Positions 36,230 to 50,150 of a stretch of 64,000 nucleotides of DNA are shown here, piece after piece. The notes under the pieces were generated by a model. The model was not told the DNA's origin and searched no databases. It saw nothing but the letters and a program-made list of their open reading frames with translations. This DNA is from Macrostomum lignano (Eukaryota). The DNA is taken from the NCBI GenBank assembly GCA_002269645.1, contig NIVC01001454.1:58842-122841 (forward strand). Direction: 5' to 3'. How positions within the stretch are numbered: position 1 is the first letter of the stretch; each line of letters begins with the position of its first letter. The position numbers and the translations under genes are program-made.

Positions 36230-38120
36230 TCACAATGCCAACCATAAAAGAATCGCCATGTCAACCATAAAAGAATCGCCATGTCAACCATAAAAGAATC
36301 GCCATGTCAACCATAAAAGAATCGCCATGTCAACCATAAAAGAATCGCCATGCCAACCATAAAAGAATCGCCATGCCAACCATAAAAGAATCGCCATGTC
36401 AACCATAAAAGAATCGCCATGCCAACCATAAAAGAATCGCCATGCCAACCATAAAAGAATCGCCATGTCAACCATAAAAGAATCGCCATGTCAACCATAA
36501 AAGAATCGCCATGTCAACTATAAAAGAATCGCTATGTCAACCATAAAAGAATCGCTATGTCAACTATAAAAGAATCGCTATGTCAACCATAAAAGAATCG
36601 CCATGTCAACCATAAAAGACTCGCTATGTCAACTATAAAAGAATCGCCATGTCAACCATAAAAGACTCGCTATGTTAACTATAAAAGAATCGCCATGTCA
36701 ACCATAAAAGAATCGCCATGTCAACCATAAAAGAATCGCCATGCCAACCATAAAAGACTCGCTATGTTAACTATAAAAGAATCGCCATGTCAACCATAAA
36801 AGAATCGCCATGCCAACCATAAAAGAATCGCCATGTCAACTATAAAAGAATCGCCATGTCAACCATAAAAGAATCGCCATGTCAACCATAAAAGAATCGC
36901 CATGTCAACCATAAAAGAATCGCCATGCCAACCATAAAAGAATCGCCATGCCAACCATAAAAGAATCGCCATGCCAACCATAAAAGAATCGCCATGCCAA
37001 CCATAAAAGAATCGCCATGCCAACCATAAAAGAATCGCCATGTCAACCATAAAAGAATCGCCATGTCAACCATAAAAGAATCGCCATGTCAACTATAAAA
37101 GAATCGCCATGTCAACCATAAAAGAATCGCCATGTCAACCATAAAAGAATCGCCATGTCAACCATAAAAGAATCGCCATGTCAACCATAAAAGAATCGCC
37201 ATGTCAACCATAAAAGAATCGCCATGCCAACCATAAAAGAATCGCCATGCCAACCATAAAAGAATCGCCATGCCAACCATAAAAGAATCGCCATGCCAAC
37301 CATAAAAGAATCGCCATGCCAACCATAAAAGAATCGCCATGCCAACCATAAAAGAATCGCCATGCCAACCATAAAAGAATCGCCATGTCAACCATAAAAG
37401 AATCGCCATGTCAACCATAAAAGAATCGCCATGTCAACTATAAAAGAATCGCCATGTCAACCATAAAAGAATCGCCATGTCAACCATAAAAGAATCGCCA
37501 TGTCAACCATAAAAGAATCGCCATGTCAACCATAAAAGAATCGCCATGTCAACTATAAAAGAATCGCCATGTCAACCATAAAAGAATCGCCATGTCAACC
37601 ATAAAAGAATCGCCATGTCAACCATAAAAGAATCGCCATGCCAACCATAAAAGAATCGCCATGCCAACCATAAAAGAATCGCCATGCCAACCATAAAAGA
37701 ATCGCCATGTCAACCATAAAAGAATCGCCATGTCAACCATAAAAGAATCGCCATGTCAACTATAAAAGAATCGCCATGTCAACCATAAAAGAATCGCCAT
37801 GTCAACCATAAAAGAATCGCCATGTCAACCATAAAAGAATCGCCATGCCAACCATAAAAGAATCGCCATGCCAACCATAAAAGAATCGCCATGCCAACCA
37901 TAAAAGAATCGCCATGCCAACCATAAAAGAATCGCCATGCCAACCATAAAAGAATCGCCATGTCAACCATAAAAGAATCGCCATGTCAACCATAAAAGAA
38001 TCGCCATGTCAACTATAAAAGAATCGCCATGTCAACCATAAAAGAATCGCCATGTCAACCATAAAAGAATCGCCATGTCAACCATAAAAGAATCGCCATG
38101 TCAACTATAAAAGAATCGCC
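36230..38120. repeat. 23-bp minisatellite (AACCATAAAAGAATCGCCATGYC), ~80 copies
   Basis: Directly visible. Confidence 0.97.
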
Positions 38121-38956
38121 GTATTAAATAGGTAGCTGAACGGCTCATTTGGCTTGGAAACTGCCAAATTTAGTATTACAATAATGATCAGAAATCGATT
38201 AGAAATTTCCACTGTTATAACATAAGCAGAAAATGTATATGAAAATGAGAAATTAAGAAATTTATGCAAAAACCAGAATTAAAGTAAAAGACATCGTTTG
38301 ATTTATACAAAACGGATATAATTCTTTTTAAAAAGCTCAACCTAGCATTACTCATCTTAATCAATGTATACTACTGCTGCAAATGCCAATGATCTGAAAC
38401 CAAGCTTCACTTATATTTAGTTTAAAAAATCACTCACACGACACATATTGAATAAAAAACTACAAATTTACTAATTCTACTAACTATAGTAATGGTGAAA
38501 TAATTATGTATAATAAAAACAACGTTGCTTGCAATGAAAGCGCTACGTTTAACAAAAAATATATAGTATTGAGACTTTATTATCTGTTGTGTATTTTAAT
38601 GCTAAATAAACTGGTTGAATTATTTTAGCATTCTACGAGTAGAATTACAAATCTGACATAAATATTATGTACATAACAAATAGAAACTATTTACAGAGCA
38701 ATACTGTCTGCAGATGTATGTTTGATATAAATGAATAAATATTATAAATATTTATATTGGTGTAAATAAAGAACAGATTTTAACTGTGTAAAAAACATTT
38801 TCTGAACTCGTTCTTTTGTCAAAGCAAACCCACGGGACCGACTACACACAAATTAATGTGAGAAAATTTACTTGTGATGCGGTTGTGTGTGTGGTTTAGA
38901 TGATTTGCTTATTGTTATGCGATCTTTATTGGAATCAAGCGACTGAGTGGGGTCAC

Positions 38957-39380
38957 AACTGAAGGATCAGGGAGGGTAACTGAAGGATCAGGGAGGGTAA
39001 CTAAAGGATCAGGGAGGGTAACTGAAGGATCAGGGAGGGTAACTGAAGGATCAGGGAGGGTAACTGAAGGATCAGGGAGGGTAACTAAAGGATCAGGGAG
39101 GGTAACTGAAGGATCAGGGAGGGTAACTGAAGGATCAGGGAGGGTAACTGAAGGATCAGGGAGGGTAACTGAAGGATCAGGGAGGGTAACTGAAGGATCA
39201 GGAACGGGTAAAAGGGGGGCATAACTGAAGGATCAGGCAGGGTAGCAGGTGTCATAACTGAAGGATCAGGGAGGGTAGCAGGTGTCATAACTGAAGGATC
39301 AGGGAGGGTAGCAGGTGTCATAACTGAAGGATCAGGGAGGGTAGCAGGTGTCATAACTGAAGGATCAGGGAGGGTAGCAG
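38957..39380. repeat. 21-bp (AACTGAAGGATCAGGGAGGGT) then 33-bp derivative minisatellite
   Basis: Unit recurs at 38,957, 38,978; the later unit adds AGCAGGTGTCAT. Confidence 0.93.
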
Positions 39381-39904
39381 GATTTAGAGTACATCAAATA
39401 TAAAAGCGGCCTGACTTTCACAAATATTAGACTTTATTCAGCAGGTACAGAAAAAGCAGAACTGGATAAGAAAAAAGCAACAGCTATCAAATGAAAAAAG
39501 TTAATTACAGAAGAAAATGATTTCATATCTGAAAAGCTACATGCTTCTAAATAAATTTACAACATCAACTCAACCAACATGTTGAAGTTGGCATCCCGAA
39601 ACCACTGGTCAAGAAGTGGCGGCAATAATCCAAATCTAGCCATTGTTCTCTAGTCTAAAGCCAGGTGTCTCATGACGCAAATTGCATCACCTAAGATAAA
39701 AACCGAATTGCGTCACCTAGGGCTGAGGTCTGAGAAGAGTTACTTGACCACTGATTTCGGGGTTGGGAACTTTAACCTGTTGCTGAGTGCAGATATGAAG
39801 AAGAATTGCTGAATTCCCAACCGACGTACTGTACAATATTAGACAACAGTTTAACAAAAACTCGTATGAGACAGAAATAGATATTATGTACATTTCCTCT
39901 TTAA

Positions 39905-40426
39905 AGTGGCGGACACAATCTGAGACACACAGAGGTCAGTGGCGGGCACAAACTCAAACACACGGAGGTCAGTGGCGGACACAAACTCAAACACACGAAG
40001 GTCAGTGGCGGACACAAACTCAAACACACGGAGGTCAGTGGCGGACACAAACTCAAACACACGGAGGTCAGTGGCGGACACAAACTCAAACACACGAAGG
40101 TCAGTGGCGGACACAAACTCAAACACACGGAGGTCAGTGGCGGACACAAACTCAAACACACGAAGGTCAGTGGCGGACACAAACTCAGACACACGGAGGT
40201 CAGTGGCGGACACAAACTCAAACACACGAAGGTCAGTGGCGGACACAAACTCAAACACACGAAGGTCAGTGGCGGACACAAACTCAAACACACGGAGGTC
40301 AGTGGCGGACACAAACTCAAACACACGGAGGTCAGTGGTGGACACAAACTCAGACACACGGAGGTCAGTGGCGGACACAAACTCAAACACACGGAGGTCA
40401 GTGGCGGACACAAACTCAAACACACG
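39905..40426. repeat. 33-bp minisatellite (GTCAGTGGCGGACACAAACTCAAACACACGRAG)
   Basis: Period gives 11-aa repeats in four spurious ORFs. Confidence 0.95.
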
Positions 40427-40503
40427 GGGATCAAAAGTTTAAGACAGCTATAAAAAATGAATCAAAATGATACCAGATCATGTCAATCATCTGTCAGTGT
40501 GAA

Positions 40504-43500
40504 TCAAAGGAAGGCAACGGCCTCTTCGCCTTCAGTGTCAACTTTGGAATTATAAGACTTTCTCCGTGGTCGCTTTCGTGCACCTTGTTGTCGAGGGCAT
40601 CGACTACCGGAGCTTGCCGCACCAGAGGCAGCGGCGCCGTCATCCGTGTCGGCTTGTCGACGATTGACAGTTGAGGTTGTCGGCGGCTCGGTCGTGGACG
40701 CCGAGGCAGCAAGGGCCGCATGACGGCAGAGAAGTGGATCCAGCTGCGCGGTAGATAAATAGATAGAGAAGCTATTCTTAGTATATATGGTTTGTAGGCT
40801 AATGATTGCTCTAAACTGTAGGCTAATGATTGCTCTAAACTGTAGGCTAATGATTGCTCTAAACTGTAGGCTAATGATTGCTCTAAATTGTAGGCTAATG
40901 ATTGCAATAAACTGTAGGCTGATGATTGCTCTAAACTGTAGGCTAATGATTGCTCTAAACTGTAGGCTAATGATTGCTCTAAACTGTAGGCTAATGATTG
41001 CTCTAAACTGTAGGCTAATGATTGCTCTAAACTGTAGGCTAATGATTGCTCTAAACTGTAGGCTAATGATTGCTCTAAATTGTAGGCTAATGATTGCAAT
41101 AAACTGTAGGCTAATTCTAGCAGTTTCCCACCTTAGTCAGCTGTTTATTAAATTTAACGCAGGCCGGTTGGCGTTGACAGAATCTCCTGATGCCAATGTA
41201 AACAAAAACGGTAAGAACCGGCGCGCCAGACAGCAGACAGCCGACAGCAATTAACAGAGCGCCTTCACTGCTGCTACTACTGGCAGTAACATGAGTGTTA
41301 GACCAAGAGGAATGAGAATACGCCAGACACGATGACGCAATCGCCGCAGCGGCTAAAACAGCCAACATAGTTGATAACAAAACGCTATAAATGATTACAG
41401 CGGACTTTTGATGCCGGCTAATAGTTTTTCGCTTTTTGATCGGCTGTAGCAGAGCTCGGACGGACAATCCCAGACCGGCCAAACCAACCAGCGCAACCAG
41501 TCCGCGCAACGAGGCCAGCAAAGCAAAATTGAAACTAGACGTGGTTGCTAAGCTAAAGCAGAAGACCAGCGCAAGCACTGCAACACCTGCTAAGGTTAAC
41601 AGGCAGCCAAGTAGCAGGGACAGAAAGCACGAAGGTTGAGGCGGTTGTTTCTGAGCAACTAAATTAGCTGCTAAGGTGAACTCGGCCACCGAGCCAATTA
41701 GCGGCCAGCCAATCAATCCGCATAGCAACGGCATAGCAACGCCAGTTAGCGACAAAGCCAGGTGCAAACCGCCAATTCTGACGCTGGTCGATTCCGAATC
41801 AGCCGAGAGTCGGCGAAGCCAGCAGACGGCGGATTCGACTAGCAGCAGGACGGCGGCGCCGGCCCCGGCAAACACGGCGCCAGCGTGACCGGCAATTCCG
41901 GCGTGGCTAACCGCTCCGCTGCCGGTTAGCAACGGTTGCCATGGTAGCCAGACGAGACTACTACTACGATTGCTAGTAGTATGAGAAGACGAATAATTTC
42001 CTGTGTCATTATTAACTGCGACAATAGCATCTGTTTCTGGCATGCCGACAATGGTTGCTATGATGAGCACGGTTACCATAGCAACCGTCCAGGCAACAAG
42101 TTTGCCGAGAAGTTTTCGAACAGACGCATCAATCAAATCAAACTGACGGCACGAGTGGCGCAATTGAGTTGCCAAGGCGACCACTGCGAAGCAGACCAGA
42201 GAAACGGCGGGAGAATCCAAAGACCCAATGGTCCACGATAGCAACAGCATTCCAGTGAATCCCCCTAGCAACGCGCTGGGAACAGCTGTAATGCTGTACA
42301 AGCAATTCGACGGCGCCAAAAGCAGACAGCCTGCAGACCAGATAGCGCAATAAAAGCAGCACAATGGCCGGAATGTGGTCCAGTTTTGGCCCAGCCCAAC
42401 CGCTAGTGATGCAATTGCAGCTTCAATTGTTAGCGCCGCAGATGACGGTCCCAGTACAATAGCTAGCCTGTTGCCATAGCAACCGGGCGGGAACAGGACG
42501 GAGACTAGCAACTGGGCTAGTCCGGCAGTAAGCACCGCCAACCCAGCCCCAATGCCTCGCCGATAACCGGCCAATGGAGCAAAAACTGAAGCCCCCGCTG
42601 CTGACCAAACCAATAAGCAAATTGAGAATAGACTCAACAATTTTACAAGTTGCCATTTTCCAAGCTGACGGATACTTCTATCGGCAGTAGTGCTGTCAGT
42701 AGTAGATTTCCTACAGATGCGTTGAATATCGGTTAGCAGTCCAACAGGTTTAGTCTGGCTAGCTTTATCCATTGATGAAGAACAATCCAACAGTTCAACA
42801 GCAGTTGGCATCTGTTCCACTGCAATCAGCTCCGCTACCGCTTCGCTAGGCCACACAGCCGGAGGCGAAGGCATCAGCACGGCCGAGTCTAAGAAAGCGT
42901 GCAAACTTTGCACCAGTTCGCGCCTCGGCCGCCTTCTGCCAGCCAGTCTGGCCAACTGTGGCTGCTGCATTTGTTGATCAATGTCGCGCAGCTGACGCCG
43001 GAATTCCGCATCGCCGCATAGGCAGGCAAACAGGCGACCGACTTGGCGACAGCTGGTTAGAAACAGGCAGCGGACTGGTAGACTGCCGGTCAGTGTGGGC
43101 CACGGCATTGGCGAACGGAGATGGCAGAGCAGCAGCACAGATTGCTGGCTAGTCAGATCCGGCAGGTTCTCTGCCACTAGCACTAGAATGGCTTCACTAG
43201 CAGTTATTGGTGTTGCCGGGCCCCGCCTGACAAAACTTCCATTGCCAAGCAGTTTCAAAGCTTCGGCAACAGTGCCTGGACTATCCAAGGTGGCCTGCGC
43301 CGATGACAGAAGCGGCTCCAGACGGCATACGTTAACTAGATAATTGACAAATCTAGATTCGGCGTTATCTTCCACGTCCGCATCGACATCGGTGGTTAAA
43401 ACTGGTGGTATATCGACGCCTAACCGTAGCGAGCCAACCTCCAAGTGCTGACGGAATTGTACAATAGCGTGAAATTGCAGCACGGCAGACATTGGCTTGG

Positions 43501-46500
43501 ACCAGTGGCTGTCCTGCCCACATCCATCATCTTCATCGCTGTCGTTGTCAGTTGAGTCGTCTGTAGCATCTGAGTCTTTGTTCAATATAATTCTTCTCTC
43601 GTATTGACCAGACCAACGAGAGGTTTCTAGCCAATAGAAATCAGTCAGCTGAGTTGCCTGCTCCTGGCTTGGGGTGAGCTCGTAAGTGAGCACCTGGGTC
43701 TGGAGAGACACGGGTTCAGGATTCTTTAGCAAACTCTTCTGATAATCTGCCTGTCCGCTCCTTCCTCAGTCCCTGAATCTGCCTCTCCGCTCCTTCCTCA
43801 GTCCCTGAATCTGCCTCTCCGACACCTTCCTCAGCCCCTGAATCTGCCTCTCCGCCCTTCCTCAGCCCCTAAATCTGCCTCTCCGCCCCTTCCTCAGTCC
43901 CCGAATCTGCCTCTCCGCCCTTCCTCAGCCCCTAAATCTGCCTCTCCGCCCTTTCCTCAGTCCCCGAATCTGCCTCTCCGCCCCTTCCTCAGTCCCTGAA
44001 ACTGCCTCTCCGCCCCTTCCTCAGCCCTTGAATCTGCCTCTCCGCTCCTTCCTCAGTCCCTGAATCTGCCTCTCCGCTCCTTCCTCAGTCCCTGAATCTG
44101 CCTCTCCGCCCCTTCCTCAGTCCCTGAATCTGCCTCTCCGCCCGTTCCTCAGCCCCAGAATCTGCCTCTCCGCCCTTCCTCAGCCCCTAAATCTGCCTCT
44201 CCGCCCCTTCCTCAGCCCCTGAATCTGCCTCTCCGCCCCTTCCTCAGCCCCTGAATCTGCCTCTCCGCCCCTTCCTCAGCCCCTAAATCTGCCTCTCCGC
44301 CCCTTCCTCAGTCCCCGAATCCGCCTCTCCGCCCCTTCCTCAGTCCCCGAATCCGCCTCTCCGCTATCTCTCAGTCCCTGAATCTGCCTCCAGCACAGAT
44401 ATAATCGAGCACAAACAAACCTCAGGTAGCGCAGGAGCAGGCGACCCAGGCTCATCAAAATCTTCATCCTCAACCGATAGCTGCTGGCGCAGGTCTCCAG
44501 TGTCCTGCACGCTGTCAACAGTGGCCGAAGATGCAGACGCTGGCGTCAGCAGAGCCGGCTCCGATCTGCACCCAAATCCGTGAGCATCAGCTGGCCTACT
44601 GGTGCCGCCAGCAGACGAGAAGCAGCGCTGCACGGAGGCCGAGCAAGCCAATGCCGGGCTGATCTTATGCCGGCGCATTGCGTGCAGATCGTCAAATCTG
44701 TGACTTTTCACATTGTCCTGGTCCAGCTCGCCCAGCTGCGAAGCCTCCTCAGGGTCTAAGAAAAACTCCTCCATTAGAATCTCGTTGCCGGAGAATGTGC
44801 GCCTGGCGAGGTCCAGCGGTGTGTAGCAATCTGACCGCTGCTGGTGCTGCTGGGATGAAGCTCTTCGACGGTGATGATGCTGCTGATGCTGGACTTCGGA
44901 AGCTGATTCAGCATCTGAGGATTGGGGTAAATATAAATCTATAGGAATCCTGTAGATTTGGGACTGGAAATCCTGTAGATTTGGGATTGGGAATCTTGCA
45001 GATTTGGGATTGGGAATCCTGTAGATTTGGGGATCAGGAATCCTGTAGATTTGGGAGTGGGAATCCTGTAGATTTGGGACTGGAAATCCTGTAGATTTGG
45101 GATTGGAAATCCTGTAGATCTGAGGAATCGGGAATCCTGTAGATTTGGGACTGGAAATCCTGTAGATTTGGGATTGGAAATCCTGTAGATTTGAGGAATC
45201 GGGAATCCTGTAGATTTGGGATTGGAAATCCTGTAGATTTGGGATTGGGAATCCTGTAGATTTGGGAGTGGGAATCCTGTAGATTTGGGATTGGAAATCC
45301 TGTAGATTTGGGACTGGAAATCCTGTAGATTTGGGATTGGAAATCCTGTAGATTTGGGACTGGAAATCCTGTAGATTTGGGATTGGGAATCTTGCAGATT
45401 TGGGATTGGGAATCCTGTAGATTTGGGACTGGAAATCCTGTAGATTTGGGATTGGAAATCCTGTAGATTTGAGGAATCGGGAATCCTGTAGATTTGGGGA
45501 TCAGGAATCCTGTAGATTTGGGGATCAGGAATCCTGTAGATTTGGGGATCAGGAATCCTGTAGATTTGGGAGTGGAAATCCTGTAGATTTGGGATTGGGA
45601 ATCTTGTAGATTTGGGGAACGGGAATCCTGTAGATTTGGGGATCAGGAATCCTGTAGATTTGGGATTGGGAATCCTGTAGATTTGGGATTGGGAATCCTG
45701 TAGATTTGGGGATCGGGAATCCTGTAGATTTGGGATTGGGAATCCTGTAGATTTGGGATTGGAAATCCTGTAGATTTGGGATTGGGAATCCTGTAGATTT
45801 GGGATTGGGAATCCTGTAGACTCGGGATTGGAAATCCTGTAGATTTGAGGAATCGGGAATCCTGTAGATTTGGGATTGGAAATTCTGTAGATTTGGGATT
45901 GGGAATCCTGTAGATTTGGGATTGGAAATTCTGTAGATTTGGGATTGGGAATCCTGTAGATTTGGGATTGGGAATCCTGTAGATTTGGGATTGGGAATCC
46001 TGTAGACTCGGGATTGGAAATCCTGTAGATTTGAGGAATCGGGAATCCTGTAGATTTGGGATTGGAAATTCTGTAGATTTGGGATTGGGAATCCTGTAGA
46101 TTTGGGGATCGGGAATCCTGTAGATTTGGGACTGGGAATCCTGTAGATTTGGGATTGGGAATCCTGTAGATTTGGAATCATGAATCATGAATTATGGACT
46201 TGGGATGTGGGATCAGGGAATCCTCATAGGCTTGAGATGTGGGATCAGGGAATCCCTATAGGCTTGGGATGTGGGATCAGGGAATCCCCATAGGCTTGGG
46301 ATGTGGGATCAGGGAATCCTCATAGGCTTGAGATGTGGGATCAGGGAATCCCTATAGGCTTGGGATGTGGGATCAGGGAATCCCCATAGGCTTGAGATGT
46401 GGGATCAGGGAATCCCCATAGGCTTGGGATGTGGGATCAGGGAATCCTCATAGGCTTGGGATGTGGGATCATAGGGCTTAGCTCATCAAAACATCAGTAA

Positions 46501-49500
46501 GCAAGCTCACATACCCGAACTGAATCCATCTCCGCCAACAAAGAATTTCACAACGCTTGCTGATGCGGTTGGTTCCATTGTCTCCGGCCCCGTCTCCCAA
46601 TCAGAGTCCATGACGGCGGCTTTGCTCTGCTGCTGTTCCGGTCCATCGGATGCCAAGGACTCGTCCTGCAGTTGCGGCACGGCCGTTGAAGAGGACTTGC
46701 GACTCAGGGTAGCGCTGGACCCGTTTTTAGTAGCCTTAGGAAGCCCTGATAAGTCAGCCAATCCCAGATCCTCGCTGGCAACGGAGTCGCGATGCAGCAT
46801 CGGCGAGCTGAAATGTCATCGTTAAGTTTTGTTTGGAGAGTTTTTATAATTAGGCTGGAAATTTCACCTAGACTTTAATAAACTGCGGTCCTTATTCCCA
46901 GAGGGATAAATAAGGACTGGGATCTGTAGTAAAAAAGAAAATAGTGAGAAATTCAGGAATCCCAAAAAATATTGAGATCAGAAATCCCTAAAGGGTTGGA
47001 ATCAGTAATCCCTAAATTTTTGAAATCAGGAATCTCTAAAGGGTTTGGCCCAGGAGTCCCTACAATTGTTGGGATCAGGAATACCTAAAGGGATGGGATC
47101 AGGAATACCTAAAGGGATGGGATCAGGAATACCTAAAGGGATGGGATCAGGAATCCCCAAAATTGTTGGGACCAGGAACCCTTAAAATATAGGGATCAGG
47201 AAGCCCAAAAAGGTTGGGATCAGGAATCCTTAAAATATAGGGATCAAGAAGCCCAAAAAGGTTGGGATCAGGAAACCCAAAAGGGATGGGATCAGGAATC
47301 CATAAAGGGATGGGATCAGGAATCCATAAAATTGTTGGGATCAAGAACCCCTAAAGATTAGGATCAGAGATCCCAAATCCCTCACCAAGAAGCTGCACCG
47401 GAGTCGCCAGAAGCAACCGACCCAGTTCGATCATCGCAGTCTCCAGCGTCGCCTTCCAATCGCTCAACAGGCTGCCGTTTCTCTTCGTCGACAGCCTCCT
47501 CTGCTGCCGCCTCCTCCAGCTGGCAGCACTCGTTTAAATTGTCCAGCGTCGGTTGAAACGGCTCCAACACGTGCACTTTCCCTCGCTTGCTGCCGCCGCC
47601 GGAGCCACTGCCGCCTCCGCCGTCGCCGCTGCTGCCTCGACTTCGTCTACGCCGATTCCGACGTGACACGGCCATTTCAACGACGTCGTCGAAATCTAAC
47701 GGGCCAGCGTTTTCATTTGTCACGGGCTTAGTATTAGTAGTATGAGTCGCAGTTGGCGAGACCGGCTGCGATCGAATCACCTGACTGACCCTGGCACCCG
47801 TACCGGCGTGTTTCGCTAATCGGCGCGCTTCGTCGGCGCGCTCTATACGGCGCCGAATTTTGCGCAGAGCGCGCGGTTCAATCGGTCGAAGTGGCTGAGG
47901 CGTGTGCGGATACTCGCGCTGGCGATGATCTGCGCGAGTTTATAAATGCGTGCCGTTTTATTTATTAACTACCGATATGTTGCGCTGACTAATTAAATTT
48001 ATACAGCTTAATGGTGAACATAAGCTGTATAAGAGTCTGCGACTCTGAAACGACTCTGGGGCCGCAGAGTCAGATCTGGGACGCACCTAAGTCGCAGCAG
48101 AATCACTGAGTTGCGTCTGAAGCGCATCTGCGTCACTTCATGAATTTGAATCGCAAATTGCATTTATAACAACTCTATTTAGTCTACTTGAGTTAGTAGA
48201 AAGTGAAGCGCCAGCACAACTACTCTTGGATGACATTTTTCATGACTATTTTATAATTCTGCAGCTCACGTGATGCGCCCATGACTCAACAGTCGCCTCT
48301 GTCGCATTGCAGTCGTTTGAGTAGAGTCGCTAGAGTCACTAGTGAGCAGTTTGCAATGACTCTTTAGCGATTCTTGTCAGGGTAACGTTTTCAAATGGGA
48401 GGGTACACAATAACCTACTGCAATATCACGTGACAGGGTACACAATAACCTACTACAACACCAGAGGATAAAGTACACAATAACCTACTACAACACCAGA
48501 GGATAAAGTACACAATAACCTACTACAACACCAGGGGATAAAGTACACAATAACCTACTACAACACCAGAGGATAAAGTACACAATAACCTACTACAACA
48601 CCAGAGGATAAAGTACACAATAACCTACTACAACACCAGAGGATAAAGTACACAATAACCTACTACAACACCAGGGGATAAAGTACACAATAACCTACTA
48701 CAACACCAGGGGATAAAGTACACAATAACCTACTACAACACCAGGGGATAAAGTACACAATAACCTACCACAACACCAGGGAATAAAGTACACAATAACC
48801 TACTACAACACCAGGGGATAAAGTACACAATAACCTACTACAACACCAGGGGATAAAGTACACAATAACCTACCACAACACCAGGGGATAAAGCACACAA
48901 TAACCTACCACAACATCAGGGGATAAAGCACACAATAACCTACTACAACATCAGGGGATAAAGCACACAATAACCTACTACAACACCAGGGGATAAAGTA
49001 CACAATAACCTACCACAACATCAGGGGATAAAGTACACAATAACCTACCACAACACCAGGGGATAAAGTACACAATAACCTACCACAACACCAGGGGATA
49101 AAGTACACAATAACCTACCACAACATCAGGGGATAAAGCACACAATAACCTACCACAACATAAGGGGATAAAGTACACAATAACCTACTACAACACCAGG
49201 GGATAAAGCACACAATAACTTACCACAACATCAGGGGATAAAGCACACAATAACCTACCACAACATCAGCGGATAAACAAGCACCTACACTATCAAAGCA
49301 ACAACATTATCAAGCTGTCACAATCGCTGCCAATACAAAAAAACCGCTCACTAGCAAACTCTTCTTCGTCAAAGCGCCGACCAGCTAGCCAAGAAGCGCT
49401 AGCAGCAGCAGCAGCAGCACCCGAGGCCTCCTCAGGAATGGTTGGCGACACAGGTGATGGACGGAACAGGCACCGGAATGACTCATCGGACTGCATGAGC

Positions 49501-49784
49501 ACCAGCTGGTCAATGCCGGGAGCTGCTGAACAAGCTGGAACAGTAGACTGGCTGGGGACGGTAAGGGAGCTACCCGAGGACACACGTGGCAGATCGGCAG
49601 TTGGCGAAGCCAGATCAGTGTGACTGGCGGTCGCTGGGGCGTAGATGTCTCGAAGCCAGGAATCCGGTCGCGAAGGAATTGGATCGGACGCCAGATTGGA
49701 AACGGTTGAGATGGCAGTACCGCCGCCTTCCTGGACTAAATCCATCTGGCCCAGAGTGGACTCGTGTCCATCGCAAGCTGTCAT
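40504..49784 (-). CDS. SLC4 / Band-3 anion-exchanger-like protein, six exons, 1,536 aa, diverged TM domain
   Basis: Exons 49784-49352, 47929-47386, 46807-46515, 44914-44421, 43738-41132 and 40743-40504 all have GT-AG ends and matching phases (1,2,1,0,0); total 4,611 nt = 1,537 codons. Motifs: KFFVG, SHRFDDLHAMRRHKI (AE2 SHRFEDVPGVRRHL), WLETSRW, PVRCLFL, QVGRLFACLCGDAEF, AFLDSAVLMP, GLLTDIQR. Confidence 0.82.
40793..41114. repeat. 24-bp minisatellite in SLC4-like intron 5
   Basis: GGCTAATGATTGCTCTAAACTGTA, ~13 copies. Confidence 0.95.
41132..43738 (-). CDS. SLC4-like exon 5 (2,607 bp; cytoplasmic core and membrane domain)
   Basis: Open for 869 codons; acceptor ATCAG|AAG and donor AAG|GTGGGA. 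Confidence 0.88.
43745..44395. repeat. ~32-bp minisatellite filling SLC4-like intron 4
   Basis: CTGAATCTGCCTCTCCGCCCCTTCCTCAGTCC units. Confidence 0.95.
44945..46470. repeat. 23-bp (GGAATCCTGTAGATTTGGGATTG) then 32-bp (GGATCAGGGAATCCCCATAGGCTTGGGATGTG) arrays in SLC4-like intron 3
   Basis: The 23-bp array spans 44,945-46,175 and the 32-bp array 46,200-46,470. Confidence 0.95.
46960..47375. repeat. Degenerate ~24-bp GGGATCAGGAAT-core array in SLC4-like intron 2
   Basis: Repeated GGGATCAGGAATmCCTAAAGG. Confidence 0.85.
48405..49275. repeat. 35-bp minisatellite in SLC4-like intron 1
   Basis: TAACCTACTACAACACCAGGGGATAAAGTACACAA recurs at 48,481, 48,516, ... Confidence 0.95.
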
Positions 49785-50150
49785 TGTTTGTATTTATCAA
49801 TATTTATTACTTATCTGTTTTAAATGCTATGCCGTACCTTCAGAGCCATAAAAAGACTTTTCTAAAAAACATGCATAAATTGTAATATGAATTGGCCATT
49901 AAATTATTTATAATTCTTTAAATCATTCAAATAAAAAAGTACAAGATTAAACTGAAACTATTTAGTAGCATAGGACAAAATAGTTATTGCATATATTTTT
50001 GGTAAACCAATTAAATAAATTCATTTTAGATTTTTCAGAATACAACAACAGTAAATTAAAAAATATCAACAATTTAACAAATAAAAATAAGCCAAGTCTA
50101 CAAAGAATACGAGAACAAAAGAAGAGAAATGGTTAAAACTGCCCTATGCC

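Noticed and set aside
36284-41254. Repetitive ORFs in the 23-, 21/33-, 33- and 24-bp arrays
   Set aside because: Periodic translations of minisatellites in intergenic or intronic DNA.
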